Positions 15,901 to 23,946 of a DNA stretch of 24,000 nt are shown here, in pieces. The position numbers and the translations under genes were made by a program. The stretch comes from Thiohalobacter sp. IOR34 (GTDB lineage: Bacteria; Pseudomonadota; Gammaproteobacteria; Thiohalobacterales; Thiohalobacteraceae). Numbering within the stretch: the stretch's first letter is position 1; every line of letters begins with the position of its first letter. A model generated the notes under the pieces. It saw nothing but the letters and a program-made list of their open reading frames with translations. It did not search any database and had not been told where the DNA came from. The stretch covers positions 383,438-407,437 of the forward strand of contig NZ_CP128988.1 of NCBI RefSeq assembly GCF_030406045.1, read 5' to 3'.

Positions 15901-16770
15901 CTGCGTGCCCAGCTTGGCCTGGAGGACAGCAAGCAGGTGCCGATCCTGCGCGATCCCCAACGGGTCGGCGAGGATTCGGATGCCGTGTTCTATTTCCCCG
16001 GCTGCGGTTCGGAACGGTTGTTCAGCCAGGTCGGGCTGGCCACCCTGGCCATGCTGCATCATGTCGGCGCGCAGACCGTGCTGCCGCCGGGTTACCTGTG
16101 CTGTGGCTACCCGCAGACCGCGGCCGGCGATGCCGAGCGTGGGCGGCGCATCAGCACCGACAACCGGGTGCTGTTCCACCGCGTGGCCAACACCCTCAAC
16201 TACCTGGACATCCGGACGGTGATCGTCTCCTGCGGCACCTGCATGGACCAGCTCATGGAGTACGAATTCGAGCAGATCTTTCCCGGTTGCCGGCTGCTCG
16301 ACATCCATGAATACCTGATGGAGAAGGGCGTCTCGCTGGAGGGACTGGACGGCATGCGCTATCTCTATCACGATCCCTGCCACACGCCGATGAAGACCCA
16401 TGCGCCGCTCGCGGTGGCCGGCCGCCTGCTTGGCCGCGAGGTGCAGCTCTCCGACCGCTGCTGCGGCGAGGCCGGCACCCTGGCCGTCTCCCGGCCCGAC
16501 ATCGCCACCCAGATCCGCTTCCGCAAGCAGCAGGAGCTGACCGAGGGCATCGCCAGCCTGGGTGGCGCGGAGGCTGTCGGTGTGGACGGCATCCGGCTGC
16601 TCACCGCCTGCCCGGCCTGCCAGCAGGGCCTGTCCCGCTATGCCGCGGACACCGGCCTGGAGGCGCGCTATATCGTCGAGGAGCTGGCCGAGCGGCTGCT
16701 GGGTGAGGACTGGCAGCGGCAGTTCATCGCTGCCGTGCGCGAGGGTGGGGTGGAGCGGGTGTTGCTCTGA
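12931..16770 (+). CDS. Fused FAD-linked oxidase / 4Fe-4S / CCG-domain oxidoreductase with a DUF3683-like N-terminus (GlcD+GlcF-like, YdiJ-like)
   Basis: 1279 aa. N-terminal [21 protein letters not shown] (DUF3683-type, from memory). FAD-binding PCMH region [15 protein letters not shown] (~13500). Two ferredoxin motifs, [11 protein letters not shown] (~15361) and [12 protein letters not shown] (~15550). Two CCG-type Cys motifs, FPGCGSE...CCGYP (~15990-16110) and HDPCH...CCGEAG (~16370-16470). Confidence 0.9.
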   Translation: MPSRIREIPYNYTSFSDREIVIRYLGEEMWEVLNALRGERRTGRSARMLFEVMGDMWVVNRNPYIQDDLLENASRLDSLIHALHHRLDQIVARAEGNEKALLLAGRAREAVQAFEAWFPRARTLRAHIRRRLARVTRRDNIDFGGLARVAHATDATDWRVEMPFVVITPDSETEVRGVVEACIELGLGIIARGGGTGYTGSGVPLSAETAVINLEKLEELGPVEQRRLEGVEGEVATIRAGAGVVTRRVSERAEAAGHVFAVDPTSQDASTIGGNVAMNAGGKKAVMWGTTLDNLVSWRMVTPEAEWLEVERLNHNLGKIHEQEWVEFRISRLAADGRTPLGEPEILRLPGRALRKEGLGKDVTDKFLGGLPGVQKEGCDGLITSARFVLHRMPRFTRTVCLEFFGSDLRRAVPAIVETKDYLDAHPQVMLSGLEHLDERYVKAVSYSTKAPRRELPKMVLLADVSGDDEDQVAEAASQVVRMANARGAEGFIAVSPEARQRFWLDRARTAAIAAHTNAFKINEDVVIPLERLAEYAEGIERINIEYSTRNKLDMIDAVLDCLAGGAAQVPVAEGEASEEGRAIDQAKLDAAREHLLAVRERWLALLEQLEAPAVRHPELTGGLAHEVLRQGDTLLDLLLRRELRISYRREVERPLKDIFAGREWQALVERLDAIHAEIRSSRLFVATHMHAGDGNVHTNIPVNSNDYRMLHEAERIVDRVMALARSLDGVISGEHGIGLTKIQYLEPEAIAAFERYKQQVDPEDRFNPGKLRAGAGLDNAYTPSLRLVQQEALLLEESELGALNDDIRNCLRCGKCKPVCNTHIPRANLLYAPRNKILATGLIIEAFLYEEQTRRGVSIRHFDEMNDVGDHCTVCHKCLAPCPVNIDFGDVTVRMRNILRNRGQKRSNPLTWAAMAFLNVTDPRSIHLLRKAMIEWGYRGQRLAWSLARRLPLPGRGRPPAATSGAMSLKSQVINFVAKPMPAGLPAQTLRAQLGLEDSKQVPILRDPQRVGEDSDAVFYFPGCGSERLFSQVGLATLAMLHHVGAQTVLPPGYLCCGYPQTAAGDAERGRRISTDNRVLFHRVANTLNYLDIRTVIVSCGTCMDQLMEYEFEQIFPGCRLLDIHEYLMEKGVSLEGLDGMRYLYHDPCHTPMKTHAPLAVAGRLLGREVQLSDRCCGEAGTLAVSRPDIATQIRFRKQQELTEGIASLGGAEAVGVDGIRLLTACPACQQGLSRYAADTGLEARYIVEELAERLLGEDWQRQFIAAVREGGVERVLL

Positions 16771-16777
16771 GGCGGCT

Positions 16778-16978
16778 TCAGCGCCGCAGCAGCCAGAACA
16801 GCAGGCTCAGCACCAGACTGACCAAGATGGAGCTGGTCAGCGGCAGGTAGAAGCGGAAGCCGTCGCGTTCGATGAGGATGTCGCCGGGCAAGCGGCCCAG
16901 GCCAAGCCGGCCGAGCCAGGGCCAGAGGATGCCGAGGAGCAGCAGCAGGGCGCCGAGAATGATCAGGCTGCGCTGCAT
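16778..16978 (-). CDS. Small membrane protein, DUF2905 family
   Basis: 66 aa with two hydrophobic helices flanking GRLPGDILIERDGFRFYLPLTSSI, which matches the DUF2905 signature as I remember it. Located 10 nt downstream of rpiA. Confidence 0.75.
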   Translation of the reverse strand: MQRSLIILGALLLLLGILWPWLGRLGLGRLPGDILIERDGFRFYLPLTSSILVSLVLSLLFWLLRR

Positions 16979-16988
16979 GGCGCGCTGT

Positions 16989-17654
16989 TCAGCCCTTGCC
17001 GGTCAGGGTCCTCACCCCTTCCTGGGTACCGAGCAGCAGCACGTCAGCGGGGCGCAGGGCGAAGATGCCAACGGTGACGACGCCGGGGATGTTGTTCAGC
17101 TCGTCTTCCAGCCTGGCCGGTTCCATGATCTGCAGATCGTGAACGTCGAGGATGATGTTGCCGTTGTCGGTGGTAAAACCCTCGCGCAGTACCGGGCGCC
17201 CGCCGTGCTTGACCAGTTCGCGGGCGACGAAGCTGCGGGCCATGGGGATCACCTCGATAGGCAGCGGGAAGGCGCCGAGCACATCGACCAGCTTGGACTC
17301 GTCGGCGATGCAGACGAACTTCTCCGCGGCGCCGGCAACGATCTTCTCGCGGGTCAGCGCGCCGCCGCCACCCTTGATCAGGTGCAGATAGCGGTTGGAC
17401 TCGTCGGCGCCGTCGATGTACACCGAGAGGCCATCCACCGAGTTGAGATCGAAGACCGGGATGCCGTGACTCTTGAGCCGCTCGGCGCTGGCCACTGAAC
17501 TGGCCACGGTGCCCTCGATGCGGCCCTTGATGCCGGCCAGGGCATCGATGAACATGTTGGCGGTGGAGCCGGTGCCGACACCGATCACGGTGCCGGGCAC
17601 CACGTATTCCAGGGCCGCCTCGGCGACCTGGCGCTTGAGTTCATCCTGGTTCAT
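16989..17654 (-). CDS. rpiA: Ribose-5-phosphate isomerase A
   Basis: 221 aa from the ATG at 17654, with GGAGA 8 nt upstream. [40 protein letters not shown] parallels E. coli RpiA (MTQDELKK...GVGTGST). Confidence 0.95.
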   Translation of the reverse strand: MNQDELKRQVAEAALEYVVPGTVIGVGTGSTANMFIDALAGIKGRIEGTVASSVASAERLKSHGIPVFDLNSVDGLSVYIDGADESNRYLHLIKGGGGALTREKIVAGAAEKFVCIADESKLVDVLGAFPLPIEVIPMARSFVARELVKHGGRPVLREGFTTDNGNIILDVHDLQIMEPARLEDELNNIPGVVTVGIFALRPADVLLLGTQEGVRTLTGKG

Positions 17655-17704
17655 CTGCCTGTCTCCATGCAATGCAAGTCGTTGCGGGAATGATACAGGA
17701 AGAC

Positions 17705-17774
17705 GGAAGTCAGGGGCCAGGAGAGAGAGGGTAGGAGCGGCCTCCAGGCCGCGATGCGGGCAAAACGCTGCTAT
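17705..17774. repeat. Degenerate heptamers plus the conserved core module (second copy)
   Basis: In-phase degenerate units GGAAGTC, AGGGGCC, AGGAGAG and AGAGGGT (17705-17732) run into the core GTAGGAGCGGCCTCCAGGCCGCGATGCGGGCAAAACGCTGCTAT (17731-17774). Hairpin at 17737-17752. TGcTATAGAAT at 17769-17779. Confidence 0.95.
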
Positions 17775-17935
17775 AGAATCCAGAATCCAGAAGCCAGAAG
17801 CCAGAAGCCAGAAGCCAGAAGCCAGAAGCCAGGAGCCAGGAGCCAGGAGCCAGGAGCCAGGAGCCAGGAGCCAGGAGCCAGGAGCCAGGAGCCAGGAGCC
17901 AGGAGCCAGGAGCCAGGAGCCAGGAGCCAGGAGCC
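17775..17935. repeat. Tandem heptamer array: (AGAATCC) x2, (AGAAGCC) x6, (AGGAGCC) x15
   Basis: 23 perfect in-phase 7-bp units (161 bp) counted directly. The blocks are ordered so that neighbouring blocks differ by one substitution. Confidence 0.98.
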
Positions 17936-17936
17936 A

Positions 17937-17973
17937 GATGCGGCATAAAATGCCGCCATAGAATCCAGGAGGC
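17937..17973 (+). promoter_or_regulatory. Third, partial copy of the core 3' half, giving a candidate -10 (TAGAAT) for ilvA
   Basis: GATGCGGCATAAAATGCCGCCATAGAATCCAGGAGG parallels GATGCGGGCAAAACGCTGCTATAGAATCCAG (17753-17783). Hairpin GCGGCA-TAAAA-TGCCGC. TAGAAT at 17959-17964 lies ~30-50 nt upstream of the possible ilvA starts. Confidence 0.4.
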
Positions 17974-18012
17974 GCAAGTTTCCGGGCTCTGGTGCCGTGC
18001 TATCATCGCTGC

Positions 18013-19545
18013 ATGCCTGATCGTTACCTGAAGATGATCCTCAACGCCCGTGTCTATGACGTCGCGCGGGAGACGCCGCTGGAGTATGCGCAGCGGCTCA
18101 GCGAGCGTTGCGGCAACCGGGTGTGGATCAAGCGCGAGGATCTGCAGCCGGTCTTCTCCTTCAAGCTGCGCGGTGCCTACAACAAGATCGCCCACCTCTC
18201 CGATGCGGAGTGCGCGCGCGGCGTGATCGCCGCCTCGGCCGGCAATCATGCCCAGGGGGTGGCGCTGGGTGCGCAGCGGCGCGGCATCAAGGCGCTGATC
18301 GTCATGCCGCGGACCACGCCACAGATCAAGACCGCCTCGGTGCGGTCCCTGGGGGCGCGCATCGTGTTGCACGGCGACAGCTACGACGAGGCCCATGCTC
18401 ATGCCCGGCAGCTGGCCGAGGAACGTGGCCTGGTGTTCATCCATCCCTTCGACGACCCGCTGGTGATCGCCGGCCAGGGGACGGTGGGCATGGAGATCCT
18501 GCGTCAGCACAGCGGTTCGCCGGAGGTGATCTTCGTGCCGGTCGGGGGTGGCGGGCTGATCGCCGGCATCGCCGCCTACGTCAAGGCGCTGCGCCCGGAG
18601 ATCCGCATCGTCGGCGTGGAACCGGACGATGCGCCCAGCCTGCACACGTCTCTGGCCCGCCGCCGGCGGGTCGAGCTGAAGCAGGTCGGCATCTTCGCCG
18701 ATGGGGCGGCGGTGCGGCTGGTCGGCAAGGAGCCCTTCAGCCTGGCGCGCCGCTTCGTCGACGAGGTGATCCTGGTCAGCACCGACGAGATCTGTGCGGC
18801 GATCAAGGACATCTATGACGATACCCGCTCCATTGTCGAGCCGGCCGGGGCGCTGTCGCTGGCCGGGATGAAGAAATACGTCGCCGCCAGCGGCCTGCGC
18901 GATGCCGAGCTGGTGACCATCAACAGTGGCGCCAACATCAACTTCGACCGCCTGCGGCATGTCGCCGAACGGGCCGAGCTGGGCGAACGGCGTGAGGCGT
19001 TGCTGGCGGTGACCATCCCCGAGCGTCCGGGCAGCTTCCGGCGCTTCTGCAAGGCGCTGGGCCAACGCAGCATCACCGAGTTCAACTACCGCTATTCCCA
19101 TGCCAGCCAGGCCCGGGTGTTCGCCGGCGTCGAGCTAAGCAGTGGCGAGGAGGAACGGCTGCGCATCATCGAGCGCCTGGAGAAGGAGGGCTATCCGGTG
19201 CTCGACATGACCGACAACGAGATGGCCAAGCTTCATGTGCGGCACATGGTCGGCGGGCATGCGCAGGGCGTGGAACACGAGATTCTCTACCGCTTCGAGT
19301 TCCCGGAGCGGCCGGGGGCGTTGCTGCGCTTTCTGACCGCCATCGGCCAGAAATGGAACATCAGCCTGTTCCACTACCGCAACCACGGCGCCGCCTACGG
19401 CCGGGTGCTGGTCGGTATCCAGGTGCCGCCCGCCGACCGCGCGCGCTTCCGCAGTTTCCTCGACAGCGTCGGCTATCGCTGCTGGGAGGAGACCGGCAAC
19501 CCCGCCTACGATCTGTTCCTCGCGCCCCGCAGCCCGTCCGGCTGA
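18013..19545 (+). CDS. ilvA: Biosynthetic threonine dehydratase (threonine ammonia-lyase)
   Basis: ~510 aa. PLP-enzyme core REDLQPVFSFKLRGAYNKIAHL (Lys in FKLRGA) and two C-terminal ACT-like regulatory repeats, collinear with E. coli IlvA. The start is uncertain: ATG 18013 (chosen) or GTG 17992. Divergent rpiA/ilvA pairing as in pseudomonads. Confidence 0.93.
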   Translation: MPDRYLKMILNARVYDVARETPLEYAQRLSERCGNRVWIKREDLQPVFSFKLRGAYNKIAHLSDAECARGVIAASAGNHAQGVALGAQRRGIKALIVMPRTTPQIKTASVRSLGARIVLHGDSYDEAHAHARQLAEERGLVFIHPFDDPLVIAGQGTVGMEILRQHSGSPEVIFVPVGGGGLIAGIAAYVKALRPEIRIVGVEPDDAPSLHTSLARRRRVELKQVGIFADGAAVRLVGKEPFSLARRFVDEVILVSTDEICAAIKDIYDDTRSIVEPAGALSLAGMKKYVAASGLRDAELVTINSGANINFDRLRHVAERAELGERREALLAVTIPERPGSFRRFCKALGQRSITEFNYRYSHASQARVFAGVELSSGEEERLRIIERLEKEGYPVLDMTDNEMAKLHVRHMVGGHAQGVEHEILYRFEFPERPGALLRFLTAIGQKWNISLFHYRNHGAAYGRVLVGIQVPPADRARFRSFLDSVGYRCWEETGNPAYDLFLAPRSPSG

Positions 19546-19561
19546 TCGCGGCTGGCGCAGC

Positions 19562-21988
19562 TCAGAGGTTCTGGTAGCGGTTCAGGTCGAACAGTCCCGA
19601 CCTGCGCGGATGGGTTCTGGCGTAGCGTTCCTGAAACCAGTCGGCGAGTTCCCAGAAGGCGGGGTCGGTGCGCCGCACGCCATAGCGGTCGACGAACCGC
19701 TGGTAGTCCTGTCTGTTGCGGATGGCGGCGCAGCGCCGGGTGAAGTCGTCGATCTCCGACAGCGCCACCGAGAAAAAGAAGTTCGGGTATGAGCTCTCCA
19801 GCCACTTGACCACGCTCATGGTGTCACGCTCGATATCGGCGCGGTTGCGCTCGCTTTCGTCGGCGAGAAAGGAGGTGACGTTCTGGTATGCCTTGTTGCG
19901 GATCAGCGTATAGGCCAGATCCTCTTTCGCCTTCTCCATCCTGACCCGGACAAAGGCAATGTCCGGAAAGGCGTGCAGCTTTGCTCCGCGCAAACGGGCG
20001 ATGGCCGCCATGGCCCGGTCCGCCTGGGCCTCTTCGCTGTCCGTGGCCTGAGTCAGACAGCCTGTGCCGCCGCAGCGGTTCATGGCCCGGGCAGGTTGTT
20101 CGATGCCGGCCAGGCGCTGCCTTAGCCGCTGATACAGTTCGTGCTGCGGGTCGTCGCTCCGGTAGCCGCGTACCGCGTCGACGCGCAGCCAGTCCTGGGG
20201 TCCGGAGAACAGCTTCTCGATGCCGCTGCGCTGGCCGACGTACCAGCTGTCCCGTATTGCCTTGCGCCGTTCGGCGGGCAGGAATGCCAGAAAGTTGTCC
20301 TCGCCCTCCATGCGCAGGAAGTCCATGTAGATCCGGGTGTTCAGCTGGTGGACGAGATTGCCATACACGTCGTAACCGCCGACCAGCAGGTAGTGGATGC
20401 GCTCGAACAGCGGATAGTCGATGATCCAGGCCGTCTCCGGCTCGCTTCCCACCAGGCCATAGGCCACCGAGCCGCTGTCGAAGTGGCGGAAGACGGTCAG
20501 GGCGGCGTTCGGATTCTGTCCCTCGCCATCCCAGATATAGCCCACGGCATGGTCGAGATCGTGCGTGCCGAGGTTCTCGAACCAGGCCTGTTTGCTGGCC
20601 ATGTAGCGGCGCTGGCGTTGCCAGTAGTCGGTCCAGATGCCGAGCAGGTCCAGATCACCGACCTTGCCGGCGGGTGTCTCCAGTTCGTCCGCCAGGGTGC
20701 CGACGAAGCGGGTGCTGTTGGTGAGCAGGGGCCGGTCCGGATCGAAGAACAACACCCAGAACTGATCCTCGATGACGCTCAGGGCGATCTGGCCCCGGCA
20801 CACAGGGCCCTTGACGAAGCCCTCGATGAAGAAGTGGGCGTCGTCGAGCAGGAAGCGGTAGCGGGATTCGGCGGGAATCTCGGCAAATATCTTGAACGGG
20901 TTCGAGGTGAGCTGCGGTTCGTAGCTCAGGGGACGCTCGACCCGGTAGTCCGGGGCCAGGAAGAGCTGGCGGTAGCGCGCCATGCGCTGTCCGGAAAGCT
21001 CGTAGACGGCATGGTTCTTGGCAACGATGCTTGGCGGGTAGCGGCGCAGCCGGTAGTAGAAGGCCGCCTGCCCGGGATCGTCGAAGGGGCGTGCCGTGGC
21101 GATTTCGACAATCGGCTCGCCCGGCGGCGTGGTGGACCGTACCAGGCGATAGAATTCCCGCGCCGGCGTGCCGGCAAAGTGGATGTGGGCGTGAAACAGG
21201 TGTTCGTACAGATAGCGGCTGACCAGCCGCTGTTTGCGGGACGGCTGGTTGAGGAAGGTCTCCCAGCTGCGGATCTGGGGCCGTGCCGCGGCCGACGGTG
21301 CGGCGGGGGGCGGCGCGGGCGCGCCCTGGGCCAGCCAGGCAACCAGGGTCCGATACTCCTGGTCGGTGAGATTCGGCATGGCGTAGGGCATCCCCCACAT
21401 CGGGTGGCGGCGGGCGAAGTCGTCCACCGTCTCCAGCGTCGGGCAGCTCTGTTCGCGGTCCAGGCCGAGGGTGAAGCTGTCGGGCAGGCGCCCGGTGCGC
21501 GGCTGCGGATGCTGCTGCTTCAGTTGCAGCAGCCGGTACAGCAGTGAGTTTCCCAGGTTGTCCTCCGCCGTTGCCGGTCCTTCGTTGAGTACCGGGAAGA
21601 AACCACGCCGGCGCCATTCCTCGGTGGTTTGAGCGTCGACGAACAGGCGGCTGGGCGGTGCCGGACGGAGGCGGGTGGCGTCGTAGACGCGGGCCTTGCT
21701 GGCGCCGCGTCGCAGGCCCTCGATGGAGGAGAGCTTCAGCTGGCAGGGGGCGTCGTAACAGCCGTGGCAGACCACGCAGCGCTTCTCCAGGATCGGTCTG
21801 ACCCGGGTCTCGAAGTCCACCGGGGTGTCGGCCAGGTCCGGCAGGGGGGGCGAGGCAAGCGGCGTTGCCGTGCCCATGGTGAGCGAGGGGCCGGACAGGT
21901 TGTGGAACAGGAGGAGCGAGAGCAGCAGCAGGGCCAGGAGGGTGGCTGTCCGTTTCTTCCGGCGCAGGAATGGGGGCGGCTTAGTCAC
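19562..21988 (-). CDS. cti: Periplasmic fatty acid cis/trans isomerase (heme c-containing, Cti family)
   Basis: 808 aa. N-terminal signal peptide (RRKKRTATLLALLLLSLLLF). CXXCH heme-binding site within RCVVCHGCYDAPCQLKLSS, which matches the conserved Cti N-terminal motif. Size fits Cti. GTG start at 21988 (the upstream in-frame region hits a stop). Confidence 0.85.
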   Translation of the reverse strand: MTKPPPFLRRKKRTATLLALLLLSLLLFHNLSGPSLTMGTATPLASPPLPDLADTPVDFETRVRPILEKRCVVCHGCYDAPCQLKLSSIEGLRRGASKARVYDATRLRPAPPSRLFVDAQTTEEWRRRGFFPVLNEGPATAEDNLGNSLLYRLLQLKQQHPQPRTGRLPDSFTLGLDREQSCPTLETVDDFARRHPMWGMPYAMPNLTDQEYRTLVAWLAQGAPAPPPAAPSAAARPQIRSWETFLNQPSRKQRLVSRYLYEHLFHAHIHFAGTPAREFYRLVRSTTPPGEPIVEIATARPFDDPGQAAFYYRLRRYPPSIVAKNHAVYELSGQRMARYRQLFLAPDYRVERPLSYEPQLTSNPFKIFAEIPAESRYRFLLDDAHFFIEGFVKGPVCRGQIALSVIEDQFWVLFFDPDRPLLTNSTRFVGTLADELETPAGKVGDLDLLGIWTDYWQRQRRYMASKQAWFENLGTHDLDHAVGYIWDGEGQNPNAALTVFRHFDSGSVAYGLVGSEPETAWIIDYPLFERIHYLLVGGYDVYGNLVHQLNTRIYMDFLRMEGEDNFLAFLPAERRKAIRDSWYVGQRSGIEKLFSGPQDWLRVDAVRGYRSDDPQHELYQRLRQRLAGIEQPARAMNRCGGTGCLTQATDSEEAQADRAMAAIARLRGAKLHAFPDIAFVRVRMEKAKEDLAYTLIRNKAYQNVTSFLADESERNRADIERDTMSVVKWLESSYPNFFFSVALSEIDDFTRRCAAIRNRQDYQRFVDRYGVRRTDPAFWELADWFQERYARTHPRRSGLFDLNRYQNL

Positions 21989-21998
21989 GGCCCCATGT

Positions 21999-22249
21999 TA
22001 GCCCGCATATTGCACGAAGTCGGCCTTGCATGGGTAATTTTTCCGGTATTTATCAAGGCAGTGATTCCCTATGCGGGCAATTGTGCCCTGTTACGGTTTG
22101 TGCCTATTCGAGTTCAGACCAAATCTGGCGTCGCATTTCGCCCGATCCCCCTTGAACCATAGCGACGGCTATGCTTCGGCGGGCGATCGAACAAACTGCT
22201 TGGCCAGATTCGCCCTGAAACTCGAATCCTTCGTGCAATATGCGGGCTA
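21999..22249. mobile_element. 251-bp MITE-like non-coding element with 21-bp perfect terminal inverted repeats
   Basis: TAGCCCGCATATTGCACGAAG (21999-22019) and its exact reverse complement CTTCGTGCAATATGCGGGCTA (22229-22249). A related copy lies at 4155-4408. No transposase ORF and no obvious target-site duplication. Confidence 0.7.
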
Positions 22250-22309
22250 GCAGAACGGCGGCGGCTTGATCCCTGCCGCCTGCCGGGCATCCGGCCTTGC
22301 CGTCGCTTG

Positions 22310-22768
22310 CTATTCCAGACTGAGGATGAAGTCCCACTGCGCCTTGGTCACCGGCATGATCGATAGCCGGTTGCCCTTGCGGACCAGGGGCATTTCCGCC
22401 AGTTCCGGGCAGGCCTTGAGTTCGGCCAGCGGGATGTTGCGTTTCAGCTTGCGCACGAACTTCACGTCCACCATGTACCAGCGCGGCTTGTCGGGATCGC
22501 TCTTGGGGTCGTAGTACTTTTCTTCCGGGTCGAAGGCAGTCGGGTCCGGATAACCCTCACGGACCACCTTCATGATGCCGACGATGCCGGGTTCGGCGCA
22601 GTTGGAATGGTAGAAGAACACCAGGTCGCCCTTCTTCATCTGGTCGCGCATCATGTTGCGTGCCTGGTAGTTGCGCACGCCGTCCCAGTGGTCGGTCCCG
22701 CCGGGCGCCTGCTGCAGATCGTCGATGCCGAACACGTCCGGTTCGGACTTCATCAACCAATGGTTCAT
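22310..22768 (-). CDS. EVE (PUA-like) domain protein
   Basis: 152 aa. MNHWLMKSEPDVFGIDDL...WDGVRNYQARNMMRDQMKKGDLVFFYHS...GIVGIMKVVREGYPD is the typical EVE/THYN1-like pattern. Its ATG overlaps the upstream gene's stop (ATGA). The 379-aa track ORF is a spurious extension. Confidence 0.9.
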   Translation of the reverse strand: MNHWLMKSEPDVFGIDDLQQAPGGTDHWDGVRNYQARNMMRDQMKKGDLVFFYHSNCAEPGIVGIMKVVREGYPDPTAFDPEEKYYDPKSDPDKPRWYMVDVKFVRKLKRNIPLAELKACPELAEMPLVRKGNRLSIMPVTKAQWDFILSLE

Positions 22769-23367
22769 CGGACAGTTTCCTGGGGTAGATAGAGTCGTTG
22801 CTCGGTGGCGACGGCGCTCAGCGGCACGTCCCAGTCCGCCGCCGGCAGGGCCGGCCGGCGCTGGAAGTCGTAGGCCAGGCCGACCAGATGCGGCCGCAGC
22901 CAGTGCCGGTGACGCCGGAGATAGGCGAAGCTGCGGTCGTAGAAGCCGCCGCCCATGCCCAGCCGGTGACCCTGTTCGTCGAAGGCCACCAGGGGGGTGA
23001 GCACCAGGTCCAGGCGCTGCGGCGGGATGCGCTGGCGAGCGGCGCGCAGTGGTTCCGGGATGCCGAAGCGGTTGGGGGTCAGCGGATCGCCTGGCTGGTA
23101 GGGGGCGAACCACAGGCGGTTGCCGCCGACCGGGATCAGCACCGGCAGATAGACCTGCTTGCCCATCTCCCAGGCGCGCAGCATCAGCGGCAGGGGGTCC
23201 ATCTCGCCATCCACGGCAAGGTAGGCGGCGAGGTGCCGGGCGTTGCGGAACAGGCGCTGGCGGCCGAGTTCGTCGGCCAGGGCCCAGGCGGCCGCCTCGC
23301 GCTCGCGGGGTGAAAGGGCGCGGCGCTGCTCGCGAACCTGCTGGCGGATCTGGCTGCGGGAAGTCAT
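22765..23367 (-). CDS. ygfA: 5-formyltetrahydrofolate cyclo-ligase
   Basis: 200 aa. Family pattern: RQQVREQRRAL, LAAYLAVDGEMD, GIPEP, LDLVLTPLVAFDEQGHRLGMGGGFYDR. Located immediately downstream of the 6S RNA gene, as in E. coli. Confidence 0.9.
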   Translation of the reverse strand: MTSRSQIRQQVREQRRALSPREREAAAWALADELGRQRLFRNARHLAAYLAVDGEMDPLPLMLRAWEMGKQVYLPVLIPVGGNRLWFAPYQPGDPLTPNRFGIPEPLRAARQRIPPQRLDLVLTPLVAFDEQGHRLGMGGGFYDRSFAYLRRHRHWLRPHLVGLAYDFQRRPALPAADWDVPLSAVATEQRLYLPQETVR

Positions 23368-23392
23368 GGTCGGTGTGGGAGCGGATTCCTGA

Positions 23393-23590
23393 AAGAGGCG
23401 ACACCCTCCGCCCTGCCGTCGCGGCCGTCGACCTGAACCGGAAGTTCAAGTGGGGACAACGTCACCGTCTTCAGGCTTACCGTCATCGCGGTCATGCACA
23501 CCGATCGGTGCCAGCCATGTCCCCGGGGTCGATGATTGTCGGCTCAGGAATTAAAAGTCCGCTAACGCACAACGCAGGGGGTGTCTGCCG
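23393..23590 (-). ncRNA. ssrS: 6S RNA
   Basis: The minus-strand sequence shares blocks with E. coli 6S RNA: CCUGAGCCGA, AAGCCUGAAGACGGUGAC (E. coli AAGCCUUAAAACUGCGAC), CUUGAAC...GGUUCAGG. The 5' end GGCAGACACCCCCUGCG pairs with the 3' end CGGCAGGGCGGAGGGUGUCGCC, closing a long rod. Syntenic zapA-ssrS-ygfA position. Ends are accurate to about +/-10 nt. Confidence 0.85.
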
Positions 23591-23625
23591 GGCGAGTATA
23601 CCAGAGCAGGCGCGCTGGTGGGGTG

Positions 23626-23946
23626 TCAGAATTCGAGCTGGTTGCCCTGATTGAGCGCTACCTCGATCTTTTCCTGCAGGCTGCGGATGCGAGCGCTCAT
23701 CGTCTGGTGGTAGTCGTTCTTGCGGTTCTGCTGCAGCAGCAGTTCATGGGCCAGGTTGAGGGCGGCCATCACGGCGATGCGGTCAATGCCGATGACCTTG
23801 CCGCTGTCGCGGATCTCGCGCATCTTGCCATTGAGGTATTCGGCGGAGGCAATCAGCGCGTCGCGCTCGTCCTCGCCGCAGGCGACCATGTATTCCTTGT
23901 CGAGGATGCGCACCGAGACGCCCCTGGGCGCGCCCTTGGCGTTCAT
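23626..23946 (-). CDS. zapA: Cell division protein ZapA
   Basis: 106 aa. VRILDKEYMVACGEDERDALIASAEYLNGKMREIRDSGKVIGIDRIAVMAALNLAHELL is collinear with ZapA (E. coli ...[24 protein letters not shown]...). Confidence 0.9.
   Translation of the reverse strand: MNAKGAPRGVSVRILDKEYMVACGEDERDALIASAEYLNGKMREIRDSGKVIGIDRIAVMAALNLAHELLLQQNRKNDYHQTMSARIRSLQEKIEVALNQGNQLEF

Noticed and set aside
17473-17977. ORFs translating the heptamer array into EARSQKP/PGARSQE or WLLAPGS repeats
   Set aside because: A 7-bp period necessarily gives 7-aa periodic peptides in every frame on both strands. They lack starts with an RBS, and the array sits between divergent genes. I treat them as non-coding.
17710-21547. 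463-aa minus ORF (17710-19101) and 468-aa plus ORF (20141-21547)
   Set aside because: They are antisense to ilvA and cti. The former also reads through the heptamer array. They have no family features.
21995-22162. 55-aa ORF (MLARILHEVGLAWV...) inside the MITE-like element, and its counterpart at 4173-4397(-)
   Set aside because: The similarity between copies is at the nucleotide level, with non-triplet indels. The LARILH peptide appears on both strands simply because it is encoded by the inverted repeat. There is no RBS.
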